From: Octopus vulgaris
Taxonomy: Eukaryota
DNA: 64,000 nt
Direction of reading: 5' to 3'
Assembly (NCBI GenBank): GCA_951406725.2
Contig: OX597837.1
Location: forward strand, 28,830,001-28,894,000
The translations under genes were made by a program, and so were the position numbers. This document shows positions 1 through 13,518 of the stretch, in pieces. The notes below the pieces were generated by a model. The model saw only the letters and a list, made by a program, of their open reading frames with translations. It had not been told where the DNA came from and searched no databases. Position 1 is the stretch's first letter; the number at the start of each line of letters is the position of its first letter.

Positions 1-2003
1 TGACCAGAAAGGAAGGTGTTTGTTTGCAGTCCTTTCAAATGCGTCCTCCACACACATTCTTTCGCCATAGCCATCAGCGTAACGAAAACCGTTTTCCCTT
101 CCCGTTTAAAGGAAGGTGGTGGAACAATATTCACGATAGACTCGGCCGATAGGCGGGCCCATCCTACACGCGACAACAGCTGTTCGACGAAGGTCCACAG
201 CTCTGAAATATCTGGACACTGCACGAGTGCGTGCAGAACGGTTTCGTCGCTCTGACCGCATCTCGGGCAGGTCGGTCCGGTGATGGTTTTCGAACCGTGC
301 CTGTAGCTCTTCTCTCGAACAGGTAGTGCGTCTCGATAGCACTGCCAAGCCAGGGATTTCTAGAAGTTATCCATAGGCCCCGGCCCGAACGTCGTCCTGA
401 ACATGCGGGTTAGGAATTTCTCGTCGACGCCCAGGTTTGCCTCGAGTGTGTCGTCGGACCTCCCCTCCACTAGTCCTCTATAGAACGCTTTAGTCGTTTG
501 TAAGTTGCACAAGTTTGCCCCCGGTCGGCAGAGCTGCTGTAGAGCTTGGCGACACTCTCGGTGCCAATCGCCCAGTTTCGGTCTCTTCATGATCCACGTT
601 TGCAGTTCGGTCAGTGAGACGAGCTGCGGGAAGGCGCACCTCACAAATGGCGCCCACACCTGTTCACCGTCGTCGATGAAGTTCCAGAGATGTCGCAGTC
701 TCAGCGCATGCCTGCGCATCATCAACCGCGGCATGCCCAGTCCTCCATTCAACGGATGTTGACAGCAAATGGACTTCCTCACCATCGGAACGCCACCCTT
801 CCACAGGAAGCGAAAGAGTATGCGTTCCAGTTTGGTGATGGTGGCGTCGGGACAAGGCACGACGGTCAGGCGGTAATCGATGACGGATGCGATGTACGCG
901 TTCGCAAGCTCCGCCCGGCCTTTTAGAGACAGCTTTCTCTCGGCCCATGTTTGATTGAGAGCGACCACTCTACTCGTGATCTCGTCGCAGTTCTTATCCA
1001 TTTGGAGGTCCGGACTGAACCAGACCCCGAGCAATTTAACCGGTCCGTCCGTCCAGCGTCCCACTACTAAGCCGCAGTCGGACGGTATGGGCTTGCTTCT
1101 CCAGGTGCCGAATAGCAAACCCACCGACTTTTCCGGGTTAATCTTCGCTCCCGTCACCGTTTCGTATTTTCTTAGTGTCTCGCCTATCATCTGGATGTGT
1201 TTTTCGCTCGACACTATGACGGTGACATTGTCCGCATATGCCGACAAGCTCGTCCCGCAACCCAGTTCCCGTGGGATGCCCCTCAGTGTCGCCAGCTTCC
1301 GCAGTAGCGGCTCGAGAGTCAATACATACAGAAGCGCCGACAGGGGACACCCCTGAAGGACCGAACGCGTGATGTCAAACGGTTTCGACAGGTGACCGTT
1401 CACCCGAATCACCGATCGGATGCCGCTATACAAGGCAGCGATCCAACCGCGGAAGACGGGACCGAAGCCAGCCGCCCTGAGGACGGCCGCCAAGTACCGA
1501 TGGTCGACCCTATCGAAGGCTTTAGACTGATCCAAATTTATCAGCGCCCCACCCATGCCAGGATCCTTAACTACCCTGTCCACAATGTAGCGCATCAGAT
1601 GGAGGTTGTCATGTATGGTTCTGCCCGGCACGGCGCATGTTTGCGCCCTGTCGACCAGTTTAACAATGACAAGTGCCAACCTCTCGGCTATTACTTTGGC
1701 CTAAAGTTTCAAATCTGCGTTGAGCAGAGTGATAGGCCTGAAATTATCTATAAAATTCCCCTTGTTTGGGTCTTTCTTCAGCAATGTCACTGCACCTCGG
1801 CTCACGAAACCGGGGATTCTCCCGTTCAGCGGGGAAGTTTCAGATACTGTGGAGAATTGAACCAAATTCCAGCAACAATGTATTCACGTTCTTCGTAGTG
1901 TGTTTGGTTCGATCCAGCATCAACTGTACTTTCGATTTGATTATTATCAACTACACAGAACATAATATGATTCAGAGTGAGGATCGTTTTGTCTTAGACT
2001 AAT
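1..2003 (-). mobile_element. L1/Tx1-clade non-LTR retrotransposon ORF2 fragment (reverse transcriptase and C-terminal region), frameshifted
   Basis: ORF 360-1679 has LDQSKAFDRVDH, QGCPLS, YADN(V), AKINPEKS and GGLGMP motifs typical of L1/Tx1 RT. GC-rich block continues to the window edge. Confidence 0.9.
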
Positions 2004-2279
2004 AAAGCCAAGGGCAAATTATGCAAGTGTGTCATCTACAACTCGATCGTTTGACGATTTTGAATATTTTGTCATAATTTTGCTTACGTCACAACAGATT
2101 ATTCGGCGTCATTTCGAAGACAAACCACGAAAGCATGTCTGCTGCCTGCTTCTAATTTCAAGTAGCGAAGACTACTGATTTAAAATCAAATCAAGAAATA
2201 CAGAAATTTTCATGAAACGTTTTCTAGAATACTTAGAAGCATCATTGAACCTTGTTTGGAAATTAAACTTAAAAGAAAC

Positions 2280-5200
2280 ATGGAAACAAAATTTACTGAG
2301 AAAGCAGGACTTACTGAAGAAGATGTGGATGATTTCTTGTCGAAGAATCCAGTATTCGTTAGATCATGGCTCTCTAGGCGAGGACTGGGTGACTTGGGGG
2401 AAGAATTATACAATCAAAAATTAAAGGAAGAAGCAGTAGATTCCTTTATAGACTTCTTACAAAACATAGTGTTTCATAAGAAACTTTCCCGAAGAAACCA
2501 AGCCGAATCTCTTACTACAAATGAAAAGTACAAAGAAATATTGAAAGTTCTTAATTCCGAGATTCATATACACTTTGTCTGTCATAAAGTTCTTCAGAAT
2601 TTATGTATCTTACTTCACAGTGAAAGAGCAAATCTTTTTATGGTTCGAGGAGTTGGAAAAGTTCAATATCTAATGTCGACCCTGTTTGATATTACATCTG
2701 ACTCTACTCTTGAACAATCACTTCATACTGAAGAAAACGCACTACGCATTCCCTTCGGAAAAGGTATTGCAGGATTTGTAGCTGATAATAAGTATCTCTT
2801 AAATATTAAGGATGTGTATCAGGATCCTCGTTTCTTAAGTGAAGTCGACGAAAAAATTGGACATCGTACCAAAAGCATTCTATGCATGCCAATTCTAGAC
2901 AGTGATGATAGTTTGTTAGCTGTCGCTCAAATAATAAATAAAAGAGATAATCTCTATTTTGATGCTGAAGACCAAATGATCTGCGAGAGTTTTTTGTCCT
3001 TTTGTGCCATTAGTATAAGAAGCAATAATTTCTTGCGAAGATCATTTGAGGAATTCACACAACACAAGTTATTACTAAGACTGAATCGATGTATACTAAA
3101 ATATCAAAATTCTCTGCCGAAACTAATGTCCGAAATTACCAAACTCGCCATGGAAATGTTACAGTGTGAGAGTATCAGCATTTATTTGATTGATCCGAAA
3201 AAGGATAACCTTTGCCCAACTGATTCTTCCAAAGTTTTTCACTTATTGAAAGGAGCTTCAGATATCTCAGAACAAATTATAACACCTAAAGTAAAGAAAG
3301 CAATTGAACAAAATATTAACAGCGGAAATACTTTCGATTTGTTTCTTTCGGGGGACCTTACTGAGCCTGACAACGTAAAGGTCGATTATAAGATTGACAG
3401 TCAGTTGCTTTGTTTAGCTATTAGAGATGCCGGTAAGAATTTTGTTGGTTGGATCGTATACATCAAAGATTCAAAGGATATTTTTAGTCAAAATGATATC
3501 AGCATGATGGAAATATTTGCAATGTTCTGCGGTTTAGCCATCTATAATTGCCGTCTTTATGAAACTGCATCAAATATGCTGGAACAGCTAGAATTTACAA
3601 ACGAAGTACTTAGCTACTTTATTACTTGTGATCCAGAAATTGTAGATAATTTTTTAAGTATGGAGGTACTATCTTCAGGTTTTTACCAAATTTATCGATT
3701 CGATTTCAATGACTTCATATATTCAGAGGATGACACTGTTTTGTTGGTCGTTCGCATATTTTTAGATGCCAAAACATTGCCCGTTCTCAACATATCTAAA
3801 GAATTATTATATAGGTGGATACTAACTGTTAAAAAGAACTATCGACCTGTCATCTATCATAATTGGCGTCATGCTATCAATGTTACTCAAATGATGTTTT
3901 GTATGTTGACTACTGGCAAATTGCAAAATTATTTCACAGAATTTGAGCAGATTTGCCTATTGGTGGCTGCTTTGTGTCATGATCTTGATCATAGAGGATA
4001 TAATAATGCATTTCAAGTGAAGACGGCATCTCCTCTTGCTACTCTTTACAGTACGTCTGTGTTGGAAAACCATCATATAGATCAAAGTATCAGGATATTA
4101 AAAACTGAAGATACAAATATTTTTAAAAACGTTCCAGCTGAAAAATATCAGAAGGGTCTCAAATTAATCGAGAAAGCAATCATTGCTACGGATCTCGTAG
4201 TATATTTTGAGAGAAGAAATATTTTCAAACGCAAAATAGAAGTCGAAGACCAAACGTTGTCATCTCAAGAAACCATTGATTTACTTATTAGCATGATGAT
4301 GACTGCGTGTGACCTTTCAGCTATTACTAAGCCATGGGAGGTTCAAAGAAAGACTGCTATTATGGTCGCAGCCGAATTCTTCGAACAAGGTGACATAGAA
4401 ACCCAATGTAAATATCCTGTGTTGCCTATGATGGATCGCAGTAAAAGATACGAATTGCCAAAAATGCAAGTTGGTTTTATTGATTTTGTGTGTACATTAC
4501 TTTACAAACTTCTTCATCAGGTGCATGAGGAATTAAAACCTCTTTACGATGGGATGCTCGAAAACAGAGCTCATTGGTCTCATATTGCAAATGGTGAGGA
4601 AAAATTTGATGTTGATAGAGAATTCCAATTAGTTTTATATAACATTTCGCTGGATAGTGCTATGACAGTCGGCGATATAGGAGACACGGGTGTTTCGACC
4701 CAAACTCTTTTCACATTTAATCAAGAGCAAAAGGTTACTCAGACTGATATTTCAATCCCAATAGATATATGTCAACAAAAAACTACCAAACCATCTTTGA
4801 ACAATGTTGAGACAAAAACAGCGGATAGTCAAACTGAACCTCGACTTCTGAAAGTGTTTTCGGCAATAACTCAAACAGAAAGGCCTTCTTTGAGAGAATC
4901 AGAGCACTTACCGATTACAATGCCACACGAACAACCAGTGATATCTTTAGAAACACTAGAAGAATCTAACATTGGACAAGATAAGTTATCTTTACGGAGA
5001 AAAGCTTACAGTAATCATGTACAACCAACTCAGCCTTTGCCTCCAATCAACCGGCAAAGACGAACTAGTTGGATCGATGAAGTTGCTGAGAACAAACGTA
5101 GCGAATTATCACAAAGCCGACGAGGAAGTCAGGCTCTGAATGCCTTACCTGATGAAACCACCCAACCATTCAAAAGAATAAGTCGTGTTTTTCAACCACC

Positions 5201-5690
5201 AGTACGGCAAAAACTATCATCTTCAGAACCCGAATATAACAAAAGCATCAAAAGCATGACATCAGACGAAACCATCTCGGAAATTAGTTCTCAATATACG
5301 GTAAGGGGAAGTTTTTCAAAAGCATCGTTTGACAGAAAAACACAGGAAAACACAGAATCTGACAGAAACACACAGGAAAACACAGAATCTGACAGAAAAA
5401 CACAGAAAAACACAGAATCTGACAGAAAAACACAGGGAAACACAGAATATGACAGAAAAACACAGGGAAACACAGAATCTTACAGAATCCCAGAGAATCT
5501 CTCAGAAAAACCTAAGAGCACGGAAGGAAATGAAAACACTGAAGGTTTTAAACCACAAGCAGACTTGAAGTTAAAAAATCCAAATTTGAACAACGATAAT
5601 CGACAACGAAAATGCGCGAAAATCACTGCGAAACCAAACCCTCCTCAAAGACTAACCGTTTTAAAAAGCAAAATGTGCATGATATTCTAG
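2280..5690 (+). CDS. Intronless cyclic-nucleotide phosphodiesterase, GAF-GAF-PDEase (PDE5/6/11-like), copy 1; CaaX tail CMIF
   Basis: Uninterrupted ~1136-aa ORF from ATG 2280. GAF motifs GIAGFVA and INK...FDAED. Catalytic motifs YHNWRHA, HDLDHRG, LENHH, CDLSAITKPW, EFFEQGD, QVGFIDF. Confidence 0.92.
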   Translation: METKFTEKAGLTEEDVDDFLSKNPVFVRSWLSRRGLGDLGEELYNQKLKEEAVDSFIDFLQNIVFHKKLSRRNQAESLTTNEKYKEILKVLNSEIHIHFVCHKVLQNLCILLHSERANLFMVRGVGKVQYLMSTLFDITSDSTLEQSLHTEENALRIPFGKGIAGFVADNKYLLNIKDVYQDPRFLSEVDEKIGHRTKSILCMPILDSDDSLLAVAQIINKRDNLYFDAEDQMICESFLSFCAISIRSNNFLRRSFEEFTQHKLLLRLNRCILKYQNSLPKLMSEITKLAMEMLQCESISIYLIDPKKDNLCPTDSSKVFHLLKGASDISEQIITPKVKKAIEQNINSGNTFDLFLSGDLTEPDNVKVDYKIDSQLLCLAIRDAGKNFVGWIVYIKDSKDIFSQNDISMMEIFAMFCGLAIYNCRLYETASNMLEQLEFTNEVLSYFITCDPEIVDNFLSMEVLSSGFYQIYRFDFNDFIYSEDDTVLLVVRIFLDAKTLPVLNISKELLYRWILTVKKNYRPVIYHNWRHAINVTQMMFCMLTTGKLQNYFTEFEQICLLVAALCHDLDHRGYNNAFQVKTASPLATLYSTSVLENHHIDQSIRILKTEDTNIFKNVPAEKYQKGLKLIEKAIIATDLVVYFERRNIFKRKIEVEDQTLSSQETIDLLISMMMTACDLSAITKPWEVQRKTAIMVAAEFFEQGDIETQCKYPVLPMMDRSKRYELPKMQVGFIDFVCTLLYKLLHQVHEELKPLYDGMLENRAHWSHIANGEEKFDVDREFQLVLYNISLDSAMTVGDIGDTGVSTQTLFTFNQEQKVTQTDISIPIDICQQKTTKPSLNNVETKTADSQTEPRLLKVFSAITQTERPSLRESEHLPITMPHEQPVISLETLEESNIGQDKLSLRRKAYSNHVQPTQPLPPINRQRRTSWIDEVAENKRSELSQSRRGSQALNALPDETTQPFKRISRVFQPPVRQKLSSSEPEYNKSIKSMTSDETISEISSQYTVRGSFSKASFDRKTQENTESDRNTQENTESDRKTQKNTESDRKTQGNTEYDRKTQGNTESYRIPENLSEKPKSTEGNENTEGFKPQADLKLKNPNLNNDNRQRKCAKITAKPNPPQRLTVLKSKMCMIF
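5331..5485 (+). repeat. Coding 30-bp tandem repeat (~5 copies, DRKTQxNTES) in the PDE copy 1 tail
   Basis: gacagaaaaacacaggaaaacacagaatct repeated in frame. Confidence 0.95.
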
Positions 5691-6058
5691 TTTCCCAGCA
5701 AAAGAGAGAACAATTACTTTACTTACTCAAAGAATATAAATCAAAGGATTATGTAAGTCTTTCACGAAATTATTCAGTTATTTAGTATTTCAAGAACACG
5801 ATAGAAAAATAGATTGACTATTTATTTGCTTGTAACGATGTCAGCTTCAAACGTAAGAACCTATATAAACAAAAACGATGCGAACATATGTATTTCATAT
5901 AGTATATTATAATAAAATATAATATATATAAGTGTGTATGTCTCCCTTCATTGTGAATATATGTGTGAGTGTATATGTTTATACAGAATTATATGTACAT
6001 GCATACACACATCTATATATGAGTGTGTGTATGTATGTATGTATGTATGTATACATAA

Positions 6059-6104
<46 letters not shown>

Positions 6105-6298
6105 GTGTGTATATACATATACATGTATATATATATATTATATATTAATAGTTATCGCCATACTAATATGGCATTCTTAAAAATAAGAATAAAGCTGTCG
6201 CTGATTAGCTCCATGAAGCCATCGCCTCAAGCTAGCTACTTGACACACAAACTGCGTCCATTATTAAACCTTCGAACAGGGGAGGTCAGCCGCTTCAA

Positions 6299-6373
6299 CC
6301 TGCTAGTCCGACAGCTACAGACATGTTTCAGGGTTGTTGCCCCTTCTCAATGCAGCGTAGTCAGACCTGCAGG
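6299..6373 (-). ncRNA. Type I hammerhead-like motif (U3:A8 core variant)
   Basis: Minus strand reads GCTGCA-TTGAGAA-GGGG caacaa CCCT-GAAA-CATGTC-TGTAGC. Stems I, II and a palindromic stem III can be drawn. Confidence 0.55.
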
Positions 6374-6896
6374 TGTCGCTACTGACCGTCTCCGTTCGAA
6401 GATTCTATTTACCTAGTTACGGTGGAATACATCCACTTGTTTTCAATAATAGAAATATTAAAATTACACACTCACACACAGACATGCACACACTCTCACA
6501 CACGTACACATACATACACACACTCTCACATACACACTCACACACACACTCTCACACACACATACACACACTCTCACACACACCCTCCAACGATTTAATG
6601 TTGCTCTTTAATGTCGATGTGGAAGGGTCGATCTGGTGTATGTTGTTGTTGTTGGTGGTGGTGGTGGTGGTGGTGGCGGCGGCGGCGGCTCGGCGGTGGT
6701 GGTGGTGGTGGTGGTGGTGGTGGTGGTGGTGGTGGTGGTGGTGGTGGCGGTAGTGGTGGTGGTGGTGGTGGTCAGGTCTGTTTTTCGTTTGTAATTGTGG
6801 CCGTGTCTGCGATTTTCGTTTGAGTTGTTGTTGAGGTACTAATGATGGTAGAGTTGGTGGTAAAAGTGTTATGTTATGGTTGCTGTTGTTGCTGCT

Positions 6897-7252
6897 TGAT
6901 TGTTGAGCGAAGCGGTCTTCGTCCCAGAGTGGGAGAAGTCTGAAACGTGGTCCTTTGCTATTCGTAAGACGCGCAGAGGAGAACGCAGGTCAACCCCTGA
7001 CACCGAGAGTCTCGACGGATGGATGAATGCGCATCCAGGCTCAGCGGTTGCTTAGGAAGTCGGGGACAAGAAACAGGAAGAAAGAATGAGAGAAAGTTGG
7101 AGCAAAAGAGTACAACAGGGGTTGCCACCACCCGCTGCCGGAGCCACGTGGAGCTTTAGATATTTTCGCTCAATAAAACACACACAACGCCCGGTCTGGG
7201 AATCGAAACCGCGAGTCCGCTGCCCTAACCACTGGGCCATTGCGCCTCCACT
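6897..7252 (-). mobile_element. tRNA-derived SINE (ggaggcgcaatggcccagtggttaggg head family)
   Basis: Reverse complement of the tRNA-like head shared with many copies in the window. Confidence 0.8.
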
Positions 7253-7654
7253 GTTGTTGCTACTGCTGTTGCTGTTGTTGCTGTCTTCTTCTTCTTTCTT
7301 CTTCTTCTTCTTCTTCTTCTTCTTCTTCTTCTTCTTCTTCTTCTTCTTCTTCTAATTAGGACTCACGCCATTAACCACTAAGAATAATCTCTAATTCGAA
7401 CCACAGTGTGTATATAATTTCTCCCTCTCCACTGCTTATATTATATATCCAATGCTAGGATATAAAAGTTTTACAGTCCTATATTTAAGAGATGGGGAAT
7501 TAAGTTCATTATTTACATTATTTACATTTAACGGATATTTGTCCTCATCTTGTTTGTTGTTAACACAGCGTTTCGGCTGATATACCCTCCAGGCTTCTTC
7601 AGGTGTCTTGGGGAAATTTCGAACCTGGATTCTCATTCCTAAGGTATTTTACGA

Positions 7655-7715
<61 letters not shown>

Positions 7716-7786
7716 GTTGTTGTTGTTATTGTTATTGTTATCATTATAATAATAATAAAAATAATAACAATAACAATAACAATAAC

Positions 7787-7861
<75 letters not shown>

Positions 7862-7863
<2 letters not shown>

Positions 7864-8060
7864 ATCCACGTGCGGACACGCCTATACATGAAGAGAACAA
7901 ATGGAGGAAGAGGACTGATAAGTGTGGAAGACTGCGTGCGTATCGAACTCGAGAACTTAATGGGATACCTATCCCAAAGTAAGGAAACCTTGCAAGTGAC
8001 AGTTAGGAACAAGGGAGTATTGAATGCAGAGAAAAAGACGAAAAATTCTGTAAATGAACA
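7862..8060 (+). mobile_element. Dong/R4-like non-LTR fragment abutting a (TAA)n tract
   Basis: RLYMKRTNGGRGLISVEDC motif immediately after (AAT)n. Confidence 0.6.
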
Positions 8061-8115
8061 ATCTGGTGTGATTATTTTAATGGCCTACCAATGTATACAG
8101 TGAGCTTCTTTGGCC

Positions 8116-8189
<74 letters not shown>

Positions 8190-8205
8190 GTATGATATAT
8201 ATATA

Positions 8206-8342
<137 letters not shown>

Positions 8343-8361
8343 ATAATATATATATATATAC

Positions 8362-8415
<54 letters not shown>

Positions 8416-8446
8416 ATAATATATATATGTATAATATATATTTATG

Positions 8447-8516
<70 letters not shown>

Positions 8517-8523
8517 AATATAT

Positions 8524-8558
<35 letters not shown>

Positions 8559-8578
8559 ATGTGTGTGTGAGTATAAGC

Positions 8579-8626
<48 letters not shown>

Positions 8627-8630
<4 letters not shown>

Positions 8631-9206
8631 CGTTATATAATTAAGGTTCAGTAAAATAATTTACTTTACCACACACCGAACTTTTAGAAATAGCAGCCAA
8701 AAATTTTGGCCATTTCATCTACTATAAGAAAAGTCTCCCAGACAATGTATACTCAAAACTAATTCCCGCAGGTATAGAGGGGAAAATAACGAAAGATCAC
8801 ACGTACATCGATTAGTTGAGAACGCCGCTTCTGGATTATTTGGATATATTTTGAATTCGTTAGTACTGGCAGTCGAAGATGGTTTGTCTGGTATTACTCA
8901 TATCAGACGGGTATGTTCGATTTTTAGTGCTCTCTAATTCAAACCAAAAGAAATCTTGGGCTGATGACGGAAATGTTGATCTCTATATCCAACTAATCCA
9001 GAAACGGCGTTCTCAACTAATCGATGTACGTGTGATCTTTCGTTATTTTTCCCTCTATACTTGCGGGAATTATTTTTGAGTATACATTGTCTGGGAAACT
9101 TTTCTTATAGTAGATGAAATGGCTAAAATCTTTTGGCTGCTATTTCTAAAAGTCCGGTGTGTGGTAAAGTAAATTATTTTACTGAACCCTAATTATATAA
9201 CGTAAT
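8627..9206. mobile_element. Foldback element with ~220-bp inverted arms
   Basis: 8627-8848 is the near-perfect reverse complement of 8985-9206. Confidence 0.85.
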
Positions 9207-9452
9207 GTTTTAATATACCGTAAATGGGTCTTTTTACATACTGAACACTACTTGGTAATATTATTAATTAATAATTAATTTTACCCTTTTATTATTGACT
9301 ATATATATATATTACGGATATGTACTCGCATAGCAAGTAATTTGATCTGAGATCGTGTGCTGAAACGAAAACAATTGCAGCGTGGAAGGTGTTTATAAGC
9401 CATTTAAGAAACACACAAAAGCCGTTCGATTCACTTCAACATTTAAGTTTAA

Positions 9453-9502
9453 TTTGTCAAAATATTTTCGTCGCTAAAATCCGCGACCTGTTCACTGACA
9501 AA
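9453..9502 (-). ncRNA. Hammerhead-like motif (G3:C8 core variant, one extra nucleotide after A9)
   Basis: Minus strand reads TTTGTCA-GTGAACA-G-GTCGC ggatttta GCGAC-GAAA-ATATTT-TGACAAA with a perfect 7-bp stem I. Confidence 0.5.
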
Positions 9503-9509
9503 GTCCGTG

Positions 9510-9578
<69 letters not shown>

Positions 9579-9597
9579 TATATAGATAGATATATAG

Positions 9598-9762
<165 letters not shown>

Positions 9763-10507
9763 CTGAAAAAGGAGAAAACTTTTGATCAACAAACAAACAA
9801 AAAGAAAATTCCGAAAATATTTTTCGTGAATATTATTTTCGGAATTTTATTTGTAAGCACCGATCGACATCGGCAGCCGAAACGGCCGTAAGAAATATTA
9901 TGTTATGTTATGTTGTGTATTAAAAAATAATCAGCCGATGTTGGTCAATTTGTTTATTTGTTGATCAAAAGTTTTCTTCATTTTCTGCTAATTTAAATTT
10001 GATTCCTGATACGGTTATTCCAACCGCTAACTCTGTTTACCTTTACGATCAGGCAAATCCTTAGGTATAAAAAGGGGTCAACTTCTGAACACAACAGTAA
10101 AATTGTAAAATCAGTGAATTACGTAACATTCAAGGATGAAATTATGTAACGAAAATGTGTTTTATATAAGTCAATTAAAAGATATATTTGATAATTCAGC
10201 GATCCATTTGCAAATAAATTAATATCCAAAGAATTTAATGTCCAGTATTTGATTGTTCAAAGATATATTGTAAAGGGTTCGATCCGTATGCAGCTCTTTT
10301 CATCTCTCTTTCTTTACTATCAACGCCAATCCGTTAAAAGAGAACAGTTGTCTAGGCAACGTCATTTCAACTCTCATCACAAAACGCTTATCTCCCCTCA
10401 AACAGAGTTCTCTCCCTTCATTATAGTTTCTCATTTGCACTGATTGTAGATATACATAAATTTCTCCCGCTTAAAGGAAGAAAGTTGAACGCAGGGAAAA
10501 CTTTCTT

Positions 10508-10918
10508 GGATCTTTTCGGTTTGAACGGCAGTTTTTTTTAATTATTTCCACGTAACTAAACACTTTTAAACTTCGTATACAGGTAGAATGTGTTTATAAA
10601 ACATCTTTTTCTTTTGACTTTCTTGAGAAAATTCTATAGTTTGTAAGATATTTATTGTTGTTTTTCTTCAATTTCTGCAATTTCAACCAATCAATGACGT
10701 CCATTTCGGGTGAAAACATTTTGTGTCGTATGAATATGTCCTTCGTTTAAGAAACAGATTTGAAGAACAAAAGATACCCTTCCCCCCACCACTAACCCTA
10801 ACTAACCCTAACCCTAAAACAGATTGAAATGCAATAGATCGATACTAGGGTCATAATTATGGGTGAGAATTTCATATGACACCGCTAGAAAAAACTGCCG
10901 TTCAAACCGAAAAGATCC
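10508..10918. mobile_element. MITE with GGATCTTTTCGGTTTGAACGGCAG TIRs and internal (CCCTAA)n, copy 1
   Basis: ~25-bp TIRs; degenerate 8-bp TSD actttctt/acattcgt. Confidence 0.9.
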
Positions 10919-10990
10919 ACATTCGTATTTGCAATGACAAAATATGAGAACTGCATAAGGAATGCAAATACATTTAACATACCGACACAA

Positions 10991-11250
10991 TCAGCGGACT
11001 CGAAATATTGCATCTGCAATGACATTGTCTTTACCTTTAATATGTTGAATATTGAGATTAAATTCTTGCAAAGATAAACTCCATCTCATTAATCTCTGAT
11101 TTTTGTTCTTCATCTTGTGCAGATAAGTCAGCGGATTGTGGCCAGTGAACACTTCAATGGGATACTTGGTGGTTCCCAAATATACGTCAAAATCTTGCAA
11201 TGACAACAACAAAACAAGGGTTTCTTCCTCAATGGTAGAATAATTTCGCT
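10991..11250 (-). mobile_element. Gypsy LTR-retrotransposon RNase H fragment
   Basis: VFTGHNPL...RLMRWSLSLQEFNLNIQHIKGKDNVIADAI. Confidence 0.85.
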
Positions 11251-11256
11251 GGTGTT

Positions 11257-11629
11257 TACTCTTTTACTCTTTTACTTGTTTCAGTCATTTTGACTGTGGC
11301 CATGCTGGAGCACCGCAAATCGACCCCAGAACTTATTCATTGAAAGCCTAGTACTTATTGTATGGTCCTTTTACCGAACCGCTAAGATACGGGGACGTAA
11401 ACACATCAGCATCGGTTGTCAAGCGATGTTGGGGGTACAAACACAGACACACACACACATACATACGACGGGCTTCTTTCAGTTTCCGTCTACCAAATCC
11501 ACTGACAAGGCTTTGGTCGGCCCGAGGCTATAGTAGAAGGCACTTGCCCATGGTGCCATGCAGTGGGACTGAACCCGGAACCGTGTGACTCGTAAGCAAG
11601 CAACTTACCACACAGCCACTCCTACGCCT
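11257..11629 (-). mobile_element. tRNA-derived SINE (ggcgcaggagtggctgtgtggtaag head, gtaaaaga tail family)
   Basis: Matches copies at 41870, 51412 and 53406. Confidence 0.85.
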
Positions 11630-11891
11630 ATAATTTATTTATTTATATTTATCATTTTGTTTTCGTTTCGTTTTTTGCTCTCTCTTATTCTTTCTTTCTT
11701 TCTTTCTTTTCCGAATAAAAGGTCGTTTTATACAAGACTTCGTGGTCCCCTGGCCGTGCTGTCTGAAATTTATAAGAGGAAAAACTGGGAATAAAAAAGT
11801 TAAAAAATAAAAGAAAATAGTCTAATAATGGGGTATATAAGCCCCTGACAAATATGTGTATGCGCATGTATGTATGTATGTATGTATATAA

Positions 11892-11962
<71 letters not shown>

Positions 11963-12030
11963 TGTAAGTATGTATGTATGGATGGATGGATGGATGTATG
12001 CATATATGCATATATATATATGTATGTATG

Positions 12031-12064
<34 letters not shown>

Positions 12065-12885
12065 TGTGTGTGTATGTATGTGTATATGTATGTATGTATG
12101 TATGTGTGTGTATGTATGTGTGTATGTATGTATGTATGTATGTGTGTGTATGTATGTGTGTATGTATGTGAGTACGTATGTATGTATGTATGTATGTATG
12201 TATGTATGTATGGATGGATGGATTGATGGATGTATGTGTGTATGTATGTATGTATGTATGCATATATGTATGTATGTGTATGTATTTGCGTAAGTATGTA
12301 TGTATGTATGCATATATGTATGTGTGTGTGTATGTATGTATGTATGTATGTATGTATGTATGTATGTATGTATGTATGTATGTATGTATGTATGTGTGTA
12401 TGTGTGTATCCCTACATCCATCCCCTTTGTCCGTTTTTCCCGGGTGAGTTGTCCAGCACCTCCTCCATAGGGACCTACAAGAAGCAACTGCCATTATAAT
12501 TTCCTGCTCGATTCCGAAGTGTAACCAACAATGGATATCATCCAACCAGTTCGTTCTTGGTCTACCCTTTGGTCTTCTGTCCGTTCGCTCGGTTTGAAGA
12601 GAATCTGTCTTGCGATTCCTTCCTGCGGCATTCTAATCTCATATATGTAGTGCAGAAGCTATGATCTCTCAACGATGAGAACATTGTGGCGTGTGTGACC
12701 TGGGGACACTCCACTGCACTCCGAACTACGCATCCTGTCGAACAACGTTGCTCCAGAGATCCTTATAGGAAGACAGACAAACAGACAGACAGATAGAGAG
12801 ACAGACGGGCGGACGGACGGGCAGACGGGCGGACGGACGGGCAGACGGACAGACAGAAGGACGGACGGAGCGATAGATGGGTTTG

Positions 12886-13007
<122 letters not shown>

Positions 13008-13332
13008 AAGATAGATAGATAGATAGATAGATATGAATATATATACATTGACACATACTTATCATCATACATGCCTACACATACACATACGTATGCACAC
13101 GCACTACTGAATGACGTAGCAAGGAAGCCTCACTGTGTTAGCTCGACTTGCTAGAAATAGCAGATCAAATACTCCCCAAATCACACTTCAATGATTTACG
13201 GAAAAGGACACGTGACGTAACAAAGTCCGAGATATACCAAACAAAAAAGAAGAAAAAAACCAGGATAATCATTTCCGGGACGCCTTTGAATATTGGTCTG
13301 CTCAATCAAGACCAACAACAACAATAGCGAGT

Positions 13333-13518
13333 GAAGGCGCAGTGGCCCAGTGGTTAGGGCAGTGGACTCGCGGTCGTAAGAACGCGGTTTCGATTCCCAG
13401 ACCGGGCATTGGGAGTGTTTATTGAGCAAAAGCACCTAAGCTCTACGAGGCTCCGGCGGGTGGCGGGGTGAACCCCGCTGTACTCTTTCACCACAACTTT
13501 CTCTCACTCTTTCTTCCT
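13333..13518 (+). mobile_element. Truncated tRNA-derived SINE
   Basis: ggcgcagtggcccagtggttagggcag head. Confidence 0.75.

Noticed and set aside
2256-2279. ORF-track start of PDE copy 1 at 2256
   Set aside because: Non-ATG (TTG) start; ATG 2280 aligns better with the copy 2 start (GLTEED).
1-2280. Adjacent L1/Tx1 as direct cause of the PDE retrogene
   Set aside because: Opposite strand, with no shared TSD or poly-A visible; adjacency is expected by chance at this TE density.
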